Assembly (NCBI GenBank): GCA_963782525.1
Contig: CAWAKC010000005.1
Coordinates: 57,385-121,384, forward strand
Direction of reading: 5' to 3'
Length of the DNA: 64,000 nt
Origin: Candidatus Bathyarchaeota archaeon
Lineage (GTDB): Archaea > Thermoproteota > Bathyarchaeia > Bathyarchaeales > Bathycorpusculaceae
Position 1 is the first letter of the stretch. Every line of letters begins with the position of its first letter. Made by a program: the position numbers and the translations under genes. Positions 1 through 9,549 of the stretch are shown piece after piece. The notes beneath the pieces were generated by a model. The model was not told where the DNA came from. It ran no database searches and worked only from the letters and a program-made list of their open reading frames with translations.

Positions 1-6
1 CAGAGT

Positions 7-3000
7 TTGCCAACAAATTATTCTCCGCTTGTGCTTGAAGTTGAAATGCGTGAATTCTGGATAAAAAACGACATCCGCAATAAATTGGAGCTTCTTGAAA
101 AAGACGCTAAGGGTTTGTTGGGCTATGTGGAAGGTCCACCCACACTTAATGGCATCCCGCATATTGGGCATGCACGCGGCAGAATAATGAAGGATATTCG
201 TTACCGCTGGAAAACTATGGAAGGCTATTACATGCCGTTTTGGGCAGGATGGGATTGCCAAGGCTTACCTGTGGAACTCGAGGTTGAAAAACTCCTCGGA
301 GTCCGCAACAAACGCGAATCCATCGAGAAATTCGGCATGGAACGCTTCATTGAGGAATGCAAGAAAGCCATCATGCGTTATCACCAGATGTGGCTTGAAG
401 CTGACAGCCGATTGGGCATATCGATTAATCAGGATAAGGCATATTGGACCTACAAGGACAGTTACATTGAACGGGAATGGTTTTATCTTAAGCGAGCTTG
501 GGAACAAAACCTCCTCGAAGAAGGCCACTATGTGGTTGCTTATTGTCCGGGATGCCAAACCAGCTTGAGCAGCGCCGAAGTTGGGTACGAAGGCAGCTAC
601 AAAGAAGTAGAAGACCCATCAGTTTACTTCAAATTCAAGGTCACAGGAACACAAAACGAGTATTTTCTAGTTTGGACCACCATGCCCTTTACAATCATAA
701 CTGACACGATGCTGGCGGTTCAGCCAAAAGCCGAGTATGTGAAAGTGAAAGTTGGCGAAGAAGTTTGGGTAATGATGCGGCAACGAGTCGAACCAGTCAT
801 GGCAGAACTAGAAATCACCAACTACCAAATTACCGGATCCATGACAGGCAAAAGCTTGGAAGGAACAGCCTACGATTATCCACTCAAAGATATCATTCCT
901 AAGCAGGCGGAACTTGAAACCAAACATCCCTTAGTCCATAAAGTCGTAGCGGAAGACTTCGTTGACGTCGAAACCGCAACGGGTGTGGTACATCTTTCTC
1001 CTGGTAACGGTGAAGACGATTTTTGGGCAGCAAACCGCAGGGGCGTTCCAATCTTTGTTCCCCTCGATGACGAAGTGAAGTTTACAAACGACGCAGGTAT
1101 CTTCACAGGTGTGTTTGCTCGCGACGCAGACATGTTAGTGGTCGAGGAACTCCGCAATCACAATGCTTTCGTCAAAGTAAAAAAAATCAAACATGAGTAC
1201 CCAACCTGCTGGCGTAGTCACCATAAACTGGTTTGGCTGGCACGGAAAGAGTACTTTCTGCGAACCGATAAAATAAACAGCAAAGTATTGGAAGCAGCTG
1301 GAAAAATTGATTATTTCTTTGATGAACCCAAAAACCGTTTCTTGGGCTTCCTAAAAGAGGGTAAGCCATGGTGTATCAGCCGCGAACGCATCTGGGGCAC
1401 ACCTTTGCCGATGTGGACCTGCGAGAAATGCGGCAATAAACGCTTAATCGCAAGCAAAAAAGAACTCTTCCAAAATGCCCAAGAACCTATTCCAGAAAAC
1501 TTTGAGTTGCATAAGCCATGGGTTGACCGAATCACACTCAAATGCGATAAATGCGGCGGCAATATGCGGCGGGAAGACTTCGTTTTAGATACTTGGCACA
1601 ACAGCGGAGCTTCGCCATACGCACGTTTCACTGATGAGGAGTTTGAGAAGTTTGTTCCGACCGCCTTTTTGACTGAAGGTATCGATCAAACTCGTGGTTG
1701 GGCAAATTCATTGCTCCTAGAATATGTTATTTTGACGGGGAAACCTGTTGCTCCGTACAAGGCTTTTCTATTTCAAGGTTTAACGCAGGATGCGAAGGGC
1801 AGAAAAATGAGCAAAAGCCTCGGCAACGTCATCGAAACTAATAAACTCCTCGAAAAGAACAGCGCAGACCTTTGCCGGTTTTACATGACACGCAAATGCA
1901 GCCCAGTTGACTTCATGAGCTTTGACATGCAGGAACTAACACGCAGACCCTACCAGGTACTCTCAACACTCTACCACCTAAGCCGCTTTTTCTTGCAGAA
2001 TGCAACTTTTGACGAGTTTAACCCTGAAAAATACAGTTTGGATTGGGCTTTTAAGGGAGGTAAACTTCAAGCTGCCGACCTATGGCTGCTGTCTAAGTTG
2101 CAGCAGAAAATCGAGGAATACACCCAAAAACTCGAAGCATGCGAATTCAACGTTGCATTAGCGGTTTTGGAGGATTTCGTGATTGAAACCCTAAGCAGAC
2201 TCTATGTTCCGATGATTCGCAAGGAACTTTGGACTGATGAACCTGAAACGTTTGAGCGACGGCAAACCATCTACGCACTACTGCACCACACCTTAAAGAC
2301 TGTCACGTTGCTGTTCAACCCAATTACACCATTCCTCAGTGAAGCACTCTACCAAAAAATCTATCGCCCATTGGAAACAGACTTGCCTGAATCCGTCAAT
2401 TTTGCAGCTTGGCCAACTCCGAACGAAAAAATGCGCAACAAACCGCTGGAAGAAGATTTCGATATGCTTCTTAAAGTTGTTTCAATCTCATATGCTGCAA
2501 GAGGACAGGGAAAACTCAAGCGTCGCTGGCCACTAGCCAAAACAATCGTAATTGCACCAGAAAAAACTCTGCAAGCCCTCAAAAGCCTCGAAGCACTGCT
2601 TCTGGAACAAACCAACGTTAAATCTGTCGAATATGCAACGGTGGTTCCTGAATATGTTGGGGGCGAAAATTGGGTTTTCAGCCAACAAGACGAAGTCACC
2701 GTGTTCCTCAGTGGACAACGTGACGACAAACTGCTGGGCGAAGGCATTATGCGGGACTTGGCAAGGCGTGTGCAAGCCTTGCGTAAGGAGATGGGGTTTG
2801 TGCCGACGGAAACCTTGGAGTCTGTTCATATTGCTGATTTAGACAACGAAAGCATGGGGCTTTTGGAGCCGTATTTGGAGGAGATGGCAGGGTTAGTTCG
2901 AACACGGAAAGTCTATTTACACAGCAGCTGCCGCGAAGTTGAAGCACAATGGAATGAATCCGAATTAGACGGCAAAAAAATCAACATAAACATCCACTGA
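7..3000 (+). CDS. ileS: Isoleucyl-tRNA synthetase
   Basis: 997 aa; class I motifs PHIGH and KMSKS, GWDCQGLP, WTT editing motif, WCISRERIWG, EGIDQTRGW. Confidence 0.97.
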   Translation: MPTNYSPLVLEVEMREFWIKNDIRNKLELLEKDAKGLLGYVEGPPTLNGIPHIGHARGRIMKDIRYRWKTMEGYYMPFWAGWDCQGLPVELEVEKLLGVRNKRESIEKFGMERFIEECKKAIMRYHQMWLEADSRLGISINQDKAYWTYKDSYIEREWFYLKRAWEQNLLEEGHYVVAYCPGCQTSLSSAEVGYEGSYKEVEDPSVYFKFKVTGTQNEYFLVWTTMPFTIITDTMLAVQPKAEYVKVKVGEEVWVMMRQRVEPVMAELEITNYQITGSMTGKSLEGTAYDYPLKDIIPKQAELETKHPLVHKVVAEDFVDVETATGVVHLSPGNGEDDFWAANRRGVPIFVPLDDEVKFTNDAGIFTGVFARDADMLVVEELRNHNAFVKVKKIKHEYPTCWRSHHKLVWLARKEYFLRTDKINSKVLEAAGKIDYFFDEPKNRFLGFLKEGKPWCISRERIWGTPLPMWTCEKCGNKRLIASKKELFQNAQEPIPENFELHKPWVDRITLKCDKCGGNMRREDFVLDTWHNSGASPYARFTDEEFEKFVPTAFLTEGIDQTRGWANSLLLEYVILTGKPVAPYKAFLFQGLTQDAKGRKMSKSLGNVIETNKLLEKNSADLCRFYMTRKCSPVDFMSFDMQELTRRPYQVLSTLYHLSRFFLQNATFDEFNPEKYSLDWAFKGGKLQAADLWLLSKLQQKIEEYTQKLEACEFNVALAVLEDFVIETLSRLYVPMIRKELWTDEPETFERRQTIYALLHHTLKTVTLLFNPITPFLSEALYQKIYRPLETDLPESVNFAAWPTPNEKMRNKPLEEDFDMLLKVVSISYAARGQGKLKRRWPLAKTIVIAPEKTLQALKSLEALLLEQTNVKSVEYATVVPEYVGGENWVFSQQDEVTVFLSGQRDDKLLGEGIMRDLARRVQALRKEMGFVPTETLESVHIADLDNESMGLLEPYLEEMAGLVRTRKVYLHSSCREVEAQWNESELDGKKININIH

Positions 3001-3009
3001 GGCAAGCAG

Positions 3010-3189
3010 ATGACGACCCAAGAAACCAACCAAAACAAACACTACAAATGCCCAAACTGCGCCTGCATCTTTCTAACCCAAGCAGACCTTCAAAAACACA
3101 TGACCATCTTCGGCACCTCAAAAGAACAACATGAATTCGCCTACAAAAAAACTCATGGCCGAATGGAACATGGATACGGCGAAGAATAA
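3010..3189 (+). CDS. Small C2H2-like zinc-finger protein (59 aa), not in ORF track
   Basis: Manual translation MTTQETNQNKHYKCPNCACIFLTQADLQKHM...GYGEE; ATG 9 nt after ileS stop; YxCxxC-x3-F-x5-L-x2-H pattern. Confidence 0.65.
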   Translation: MTTQETNQNKHYKCPNCACIFLTQADLQKHMTIFGTSKEQHEFAYKKTHGRMEHGYGEE

Positions 3190-3307
3190 TCCTTCCTAAA
3201 ACAGTTATTTTATTTTACGGCTGCTTTTGGGGGCGGTCATTTTAATTATAAAAGATAGCCCTTATATGCAAACCATTTTACATAGTTAAAAGTGAAAGGT
3301 ACAAAAA

Positions 3308-4498
3308 ATGGGGAAATTCCATTTAGCCGTCTTTAACACGCAACCGCCTTACCTGTACTTTGGGGGAGTTGAACGGCGCATAATGGAAACGACAAAGCGG
3401 CTGCAAACCGAAGCAGATATAACAGTTTACAGTGGAACCAAAGCAGGCTTCAAAGAACCCACAGCCATAGATGGCGTAAACTTTGTTCCCTGCTACTCAA
3501 CAGACAGGCTCTTTCCATTGGATAATTGGTTTTTTAATCGAAGCCTTACCAGAAAAGCAAGCGAGGTCTACGCCGAAGTCTACGAAGCCCATGCGGTAAG
3601 CGGGTATGGTTTTCCAAAAGCGCTCAAAAAACGCGGAATACAAAAACCTTTCATACACACCATACACGGCGTCTTAGCCGATGAGTATGAGCAAGCAAAG
3701 AAAAGCGGATATGAATCGTTTAGGGGCAGAATAGCAAATAGTTTCATGTATAGACTTGCCAAATTGGAAAAGCAAATGGCCCATGACGCAACATTAATTG
3801 TGACGATAAGCAACTATTCGGTCGAAAAAATCCAAAGACATTACGGTATCGAGCCACAAAAAATAAGGATTGTTCCAAACGGCGTGGATGTAGAAAAATT
3901 CAAACCAATCCAGAACTCCAATGAACTCAGGCACCAATTCGGATTGGGCAACGGTCCCGTTGTGCTTTTTGTAGGCAGTTTGATTCCCCGAAAAGGGTTA
4001 CCTTATCTGGTTGAAGCAGCCAAAAAAATAGTCAAAGAACAACCAGACATCACTTTTTTGATTGTTGGGGAAGGACCACTAAAACAACAAACAACTGCCT
4101 CCATAGAAGCTGCAAATCTTTCAGTCAACTTCAAATTTTTGGGCACTCTCAAAGACGAGACCCTTAATGCAGTCTATAATTGTACTGACATGTTTGTTTT
4201 ACCGTCCATTCAAGAGGGACAAGGCATTGTACTGCTTGAAGCGCAAGCGTCAGGTAAGCCGATTGTGGCTTTTGACATCGGCGGAGCAAACGAAGCAGTT
4301 CGCAACAATGAAACAGGCTTGCTGGTTAAGCGGGGCAACACGGATGAACTGGCGGATGCCTTACTTCGATTTCTTTCTGATGACGCTTTGAGGGAGAAAA
4401 TGGGAGCTAATGGCCGCAAGTTTGTTAGTGAAAACTTTACTTGGGATATATGCGCTCAAAAAATGCTTAAAGTCTATCATGAAGCGTTAGGCAACTGA
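3308..4498 (+). CDS. Glycosyltransferase family 4 (GT-B)
   Basis: GGVERR, HTIHG, VPNGVD, KGLPYL, EGQGIVLLEAQASGKP (Ex7E). Confidence 0.93.
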   Translation: MGKFHLAVFNTQPPYLYFGGVERRIMETTKRLQTEADITVYSGTKAGFKEPTAIDGVNFVPCYSTDRLFPLDNWFFNRSLTRKASEVYAEVYEAHAVSGYGFPKALKKRGIQKPFIHTIHGVLADEYEQAKKSGYESFRGRIANSFMYRLAKLEKQMAHDATLIVTISNYSVEKIQRHYGIEPQKIRIVPNGVDVEKFKPIQNSNELRHQFGLGNGPVVLFVGSLIPRKGLPYLVEAAKKIVKEQPDITFLIVGEGPLKQQTTASIEAANLSVNFKFLGTLKDETLNAVYNCTDMFVLPSIQEGQGIVLLEAQASGKPIVAFDIGGANEAVRNNETGLLVKRGNTDELADALLRFLSDDALREKMGANGRKFVSENFTWDICAQKMLKVYHEALGN

Positions 4499-5014
4499 GA
4501 CGTTAACTGACTTGGCCAACCGCTTAAAGTCATCTTCGCCCATCCACTCTGTCCAAAGGTAACAGCGAATTCGCTCCTCACTTAAACCCAGTCGCCTAGC
4601 TTCTTTAATGCAGTAACGGTATGCTTCAATCTCTGTGGGGCGGTCAACATAGTCGTAACGGGGGTCGAAGAGTTCTTTCCCTTCCATGAACTGTTTAACA
4701 TGGCAAAGCTCGTGGATAATGTCCAGGTAAATGTCGGTTTTGTCGCCGTTGTTGAGGTAGCCTTTACTTATCACAAGGTGCCCATCTGAGCCGTCAACGT
4801 ACATGTAACCCATAACCCAGCTAATCTCCACAGTAAGATTACTCAGAATTTCAGCGGTCTTTTCACCAAAAATACCTTTTACAGCATCAACTTTTTCGAA
4901 GCCTTTGAAAAACTCGGTGAAAATAACCTTCTTGTTTCCAACACCAAGAATGTTGACTGGGAGTTTCCTAAATAAACGCAAGATTCTAAACAGGGTGAAT
5001 TCTATAGCCGTCAA
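4487..5014 (-). CDS. Hypothetical protein with zincin-like HExxH motif
   Basis: IIHELCHVKQ plus downstream PTEIEAY. Confidence 0.65.
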   Translation of the reverse strand: MTAIEFTLFRILRLFRKLPVNILGVGNKKVIFTEFFKGFEKVDAVKGIFGEKTAEILSNLTVEISWVMGYMYVDGSDGHLVISKGYLNNGDKTDIYLDIIHELCHVKQFMEGKELFDPRYDYVDRPTEIEAYRYCIKEARRLGLSEERIRCYLWTEWMGEDDFKRLAKSVNVSVA

Positions 5015-5029
5015 ATCGCAAGCCTGCTA

Positions 5030-6391
5030 TTACTTGAAAGTTGGAAGGTACTCAAGCCTCATACCTCGATGTGCCAAGTCAGGTAGGTCTTCTACGCTGC
5101 CGATGCTAGCGTCGATGTTGCGGTGGATTGGGTGGCTCCATATACCTTCGGGCGCCAGGTTAAACTGCAGGGGGACATCCACTTTTATGTTGTATTTTTC
5201 GCTTAAATTCTTAATTAATCTTCCCTCTTTGCAGGCTATTCGGCCAGAACGGTAGCTCTGGAGCAGTTGTGGTGCCGCGAAAGCTCCTATTCCATGCCAA
5301 AGCGTTGCGTCTTCGGGGGACCCAATCGAGTACAAGAAAAATTGGGGTGAAGATGGCGTTTCTGCGTAACTGTAGTCGGAGAGTTTCTCGCCGGGAACAG
5401 TAAAGTCATCTTCGCATACCGCGACTGCTATGTCTTCAGGGTCCATGGCGTTGGGGTAGAGTGGCGTGGTCTTGTATTTGACGACGGCGTCGAGTAGTTT
5501 GCCGTCTTCAAAGTGCAGTTTACCTCGCGCGGCACGTTTAGAGCCAAAGCCCTTTTTGGAATGGGGTATCGTCAAGAGTGTTGTGCGGTTTTTCATACTG
5601 CGTCCCATGCAGGTGTACGCCTCTTCGACAGATGCATAGTCGCGGTTGCTCTCTTGAATAATGTAATGTAGCAAGTCATCTTTATTCTCGGTTTTCAAAG
5701 TTGAAAGCGGCATACGCAGCGTATATAGCGAAAGATCCATCCCAAAGAACGCCGACAACTCCACCAACTGCACATACTTGATGGAATCGACCAAATCAAG
5801 GTATGAACCATTGTTGGTTTGCAAGCTTTCTGTAATAAGTTCGGTTTCTTTTTTAGAAATCATACTGCCATCGTATTTTTTGCAGTACGCGTCATCGATT
5901 TTAAGCCCCTCGGTTTTGACGTTGGCTGCTGGAAAAGCGCTTTGCCCACTGTCAACAATGGACTGTTTTAGGGGGTTCATAGAGTAGCGGTCTGCTTCAA
6001 CATCGTCGGTGTTTAGAAGAAAGGGAACGATGTAACCTTGCGTGGGTTTCTTAAGTAACTCTGCCAGTGTAGCAACATCGCCGTCGTCTGGCTGGCGTAA
6101 GCCATGTTCGTAGAAGTAGTTAGCGCAGGTTTCAAGCAGTCGTGTGCCGAGGATGCCTTGGATTTCTTCAACGGTTAATTGCGGATTAGTGTATTCAACT
6201 GAGCCGCGGAGGTAAAATCGTTCATCTATGAAGGGGAATGATACTTTTTTGCCGTTTACATAACGGAACAGGGCAACCTTGCGATTGCTGTTTTGACCCT
6301 TCGAAGCCGTGGCTCCTTCAACTAGGACCTTCACGGTTGAAAAAGAGGTCTTTAAAAAATCCACGAGCAAAAGTCTGCAATAATCTTCCAT
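5030..6391 (-). CDS. Uncharacterised soluble protein (453 aa)
   Basis: Long intact ORF tightly packed between neighbours; no family recognised. Confidence 0.75.
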   Translation of the reverse strand: MEDYCRLLLVDFLKTSFSTVKVLVEGATASKGQNSNRKVALFRYVNGKKVSFPFIDERFYLRGSVEYTNPQLTVEEIQGILGTRLLETCANYFYEHGLRQPDDGDVATLAELLKKPTQGYIVPFLLNTDDVEADRYSMNPLKQSIVDSGQSAFPAANVKTEGLKIDDAYCKKYDGSMISKKETELITESLQTNNGSYLDLVDSIKYVQLVELSAFFGMDLSLYTLRMPLSTLKTENKDDLLHYIIQESNRDYASVEEAYTCMGRSMKNRTTLLTIPHSKKGFGSKRAARGKLHFEDGKLLDAVVKYKTTPLYPNAMDPEDIAVAVCEDDFTVPGEKLSDYSYAETPSSPQFFLYSIGSPEDATLWHGIGAFAAPQLLQSYRSGRIACKEGRLIKNLSEKYNIKVDVPLQFNLAPEGIWSHPIHRNIDASIGSVEDLPDLAHRGMRLEYLPTFK

Positions 6392-6394
6392 AAA

Positions 6395-7234
6395 CTATCC
6401 TCTTTCTAGAGATTCAGCCAAGTATATACAATTTCTTGCAGTACTTGGACCAAAATACATTCTTACTACAGAGAAATCCTCTTTAAACCCCGCCTTAAGG
6501 AGCGTTGCAATTAGCGTGGTTTCTTTTTTCGGCAGCGCTGCGAAGGCTGTCTTGCCTGATAATTCCCCAAGAACACATTTAAGCAATTTGACCGCTTCGT
6601 CACCATTGGTTTCTTTGCACATTAGGGGTCCAACCCACGCCATTGTTTCGTAGACTGTTGCCGCCACGTAACCAACAAACTCATTGCCTCTGGATATGTA
6701 GTAGGCTAAGTTGCTTTCTTCAAGGATGATGGATTCAAGTAGTTTTGTCCGGTCGCCGCCAAAACATTCCCTATCAAACTTAACTGTGGCTTGAAAGAGG
6801 TTTTTCTCAATTTTCTGCAGCTTTTCTTCAAGTAAAGGCTTGACATTTTTGGCTTGGAAGACAGCTACTTCCTCATCCGCTTTAAATCCCAAATCTCCAT
6901 AATATTTTTGCAGGTTTGGGTACGCATAGAGCCCAATCGTTTCAACACCTTTACCCCGCAAATAGTCGATTGCATGCTTTACCAGCAAGCTTCCTACCCC
7001 TCTATGTCGGGCTTCTTTTTTCACAATAAGGTTGCCAAACCACCCTACTTTACCATAGCTTATGCAGGTAGCAATACCCAGCGGCTTTGAGTCGTCAAAA
7101 AGAATCAAACAACCTTCTGGTTCAAGCATTGCGTTGAACTGGAAATCTTCAGCTGCCATGTTCCAATCCATTGTGTTGGCTAATTCAGTCGCAAACAAGA
7201 AATCTTTAGGTTGCATCGGTTTTACTTTGAACAT
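6395..7234 (-). CDS. GNAT N-acetyltransferase (two-domain)
   Basis: Acetyl-CoA motif ARHRGVGSLL; LYAY...YGDLGF; second GNAT-like domain. Confidence 0.85.
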   Translation of the reverse strand: MFKVKPMQPKDFLFATELANTMDWNMAAEDFQFNAMLEPEGCLILFDDSKPLGIATCISYGKVGWFGNLIVKKEARHRGVGSLLVKHAIDYLRGKGVETIGLYAYPNLQKYYGDLGFKADEEVAVFQAKNVKPLLEEKLQKIEKNLFQATVKFDRECFGGDRTKLLESIILEESNLAYYISRGNEFVGYVAATVYETMAWVGPLMCKETNGDEAVKLLKCVLGELSGKTAFAALPKKETTLIATLLKAGFKEDFSVVRMYFGPSTARNCIYLAESLERG

Positions 7235-7308
7235 TACTGAATTTAGAGTATGCGCTGCAATTAAGCTTGTACTTTGAAAATATTTTTGGTGGAAACAAAA
7301 AAGTGAGT

Positions 7309-7839
7309 TTATTGGCCAGTAGACATGGCCGCTGATAGTGCCTCGGAGCTTTTCTGTAGTTCTTTTGTTATGCTTGAGAGCAGTTTGATGCGGTTTTCGA
7401 GTTTGTGTTTTTGCTGGCTGGTTAAGTTTTTAAATTTTGGGACGACATCGCTGACGACTGCCATCATGAGGTCTCGGTTTTTTTCTTCACTTAAATCTTC
7501 CAGTTCAACATGGTCATCTTCAAACTGCAGAACCAAGTGCCCTGTTGGGTCGATGTGGGCTTGTACGACGTCGCCGACTTGGGCAGGGAGTGCCAGATGG
7601 TTTACGGCGATGGATGGGGCTAAAGGCTGCATAAGCTTAAACAATGAGATGAAGAATTGTGAAACGAGGATTTTTTCTTCGGAGCTAAGTTCGCTGATTT
7701 GTCCGATGTCGTCTGCTGTGCTTTTGAGGGATTCTACGAGTTCTTGGATGGAAACCTGCTTTTTTCTTTCTGCCTGTTTTAGTGTTTGTGAAGCAGAGAG
7801 TTCTGAGGTTTCAGGTTTGATTACGGCTTCTTGAGTCAA
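7309..7839 (-). CDS. Hypothetical protein with coiled-coil termini
   Basis: 176 aa helical/charged ORF; the opposite-strand ORF is its shadow. Confidence 0.65.
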   Translation of the reverse strand: MTQEAVIKPETSELSASQTLKQAERKKQVSIQELVESLKSTADDIGQISELSSEEKILVSQFFISLFKLMQPLAPSIAVNHLALPAQVGDVVQAHIDPTGHLVLQFEDDHVELEDLSEEKNRDLMMAVVSDVVPKFKNLTSQQKHKLENRIKLLSSITKELQKSSEALSAAMSTGQ

Positions 7840-8034
7840 TTTGCATCAAGGGGTAATGGGGTCTTAGTTGAAAAAATGCTTGTGTGTCTCAAAAATCATG
7901 CACAAAACTCAGCTTCCAGCAATTCTGTTCCGCCAACAGTTGATACTGCTTTGCGTGATTGTTTAAAAAAATGATTCCGCTTATCAACTGTTTACACCCG
8001 ATTTAACTCTTTAGTTTAGAAGATGTTTATTGTT

Positions 8035-8192
8035 GATGGAAAAGGTTCGCATGGAAAGGCTGAAATGAATGCATCGGTGAGCTTACCCCCCACTAAGCCC
8101 GGCTTCAACAGCTAATTTGCCGCTGAATCCAACACTCTTCTTTTGCTCACAACTGCTTCCACTCTGCCATATCCATTTGAACCTCTTCCATC
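8035..8192 (-). ncRNA. Candidate structured non-coding RNA (long closing stem, central bubble, terminal hairpin)
   Basis: Nested complementarity across 158 nt; several mismatches on + become G.U pairs on -; no ORF; TATA-like AT tracts upstream. Confidence 0.55.
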
Positions 8193-8509
8193 GATTGTGG
8201 ATATGTGTGTATTTCTTTTATTCTTGTTATATTAAATCGTACGATAACAATATAAAAGCATTGTGAACACGTGTTAAGTAGTGCTGTACACTATTTTGAA
8301 GCGTTAAAAACGCAGATTTTTACTCATTTGATTAACACATCGACAAGTTTTCAATCATGTGTTATTTTTGCAGTTATTTGTGTAACGTTATTGTTTGGTT
8401 TTGGGTTTATTTTATGTTGAAGTTAATGTGGATTTTGTATATGGAGTAGTACTCAATAATACTTATTTATTCAGTCCAAGCACTTAAACGCCTAAGAGGA
8501 GGCGCCAAA

Positions 8510-9535
8510 ATGAGCTACGGACACCAAGGTCTAAAAGAAAAAGAAGCCGCCAGCAGAATCCAAGAGGTATCCTCGCTCAAACAAGACAAATTCAAAGTCA
8601 CCGTCTCCCTCGACAAAGAACGCCCCATGTCCACCTCACCCCTCTACAACAAATACAACATACAACGCTTCGACCTTCACCCAAACTTCAACTTCGGTCA
8701 CCTAGACAGCATGATACCCAAGGGCACACCCGAATACCTCGACCACGGATTAAACTATGTCGAACGCATCGTCCGAGCGCTTTATTATTTTAAACAGTGC
8801 AGTTTGATTGGTCCTTCGGGCACGGGTAAAACCCACATCGTCTACCTCGTCGCCGAATTAACCGGGTTGCCAATTTGGGAAGTCAACTGCGGATTATCCA
8901 CCTCGTCCTTCGACTTAATCGGTCGATTCATCGGCTTAGGCAAAGAAAACTGGGTCGACGGCTTGTTAACGCAGTGGCTACGCAAAGGCGGCATAATGTA
9001 CCTTGACGAAGCCAACATGATGAAACAAGACGTTGCCACACGACTCAACCCCGTCCTCGACACAAGAGGACACCTTGTCCTAAACGAAAAAGACAGCGAA
9101 GTCATAGAACGCCACAAATACGGGTACATGATAATCAGCATGAACCCCGCCACCGCCGAATTCTCAGGCACCAAACCCCTCAACGCAGCCATGAGACGAC
9201 GCATGGCCGTCTGGATCAACTTTGACTTCCTCAGTGTAGGCGAAAAAATCTCACCCGACGAAGTAGAAATGCTCCGAAAAAGAACAAAAATCGACCAAGA
9301 TACCGCTTATAAGATTATTCAGGCAGGCGCCGAGTTGCGAAGACAATACAAAGCCGGCGACTTGCCTTATGGTCCTTCGTTAGGAGACCTCATCAACTGG
9401 GCAACATTGGTTAAAGATGGAAACACACCGATGGATGCCGCCGAAGAAACCCTTATCGGATTAACCAGCGACAACATCGAAGTCCAATCAGATGTACGGA
9501 GAATTCTCGAAGCTGTCTTCAACAAATCGCAATAA
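8510..9535 (+). CDS. MoxR-type AAA+ ATPase (CbbQ/NirQ/NorQ-like)
   Basis: Walker A GPSGTGKT, Walker B YLDEAN, SMNP sensor, LNAAMRRR; SD GAGGAGG upstream. Confidence 0.9.
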   Translation: MSYGHQGLKEKEAASRIQEVSSLKQDKFKVTVSLDKERPMSTSPLYNKYNIQRFDLHPNFNFGHLDSMIPKGTPEYLDHGLNYVERIVRALYYFKQCSLIGPSGTGKTHIVYLVAELTGLPIWEVNCGLSTSSFDLIGRFIGLGKENWVDGLLTQWLRKGGIMYLDEANMMKQDVATRLNPVLDTRGHLVLNEKDSEVIERHKYGYMIISMNPATAEFSGTKPLNAAMRRRMAVWINFDFLSVGEKISPDEVEMLRKRTKIDQDTAYKIIQAGAELRRQYKAGDLPYGPSLGDLINWATLVKDGNTPMDAAEETLIGLTSDNIEVQSDVRRILEAVFNKSQ

Positions 9536-9549
9536 GGGAGCAAATTGCT

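Noticed and set aside
265-2947. Short alternative-frame and antisense ORFs inside ileS, and similar ones inside most long genes
   Set aside because: Shadow ORFs fully overlapping well-supported genes, with no motifs
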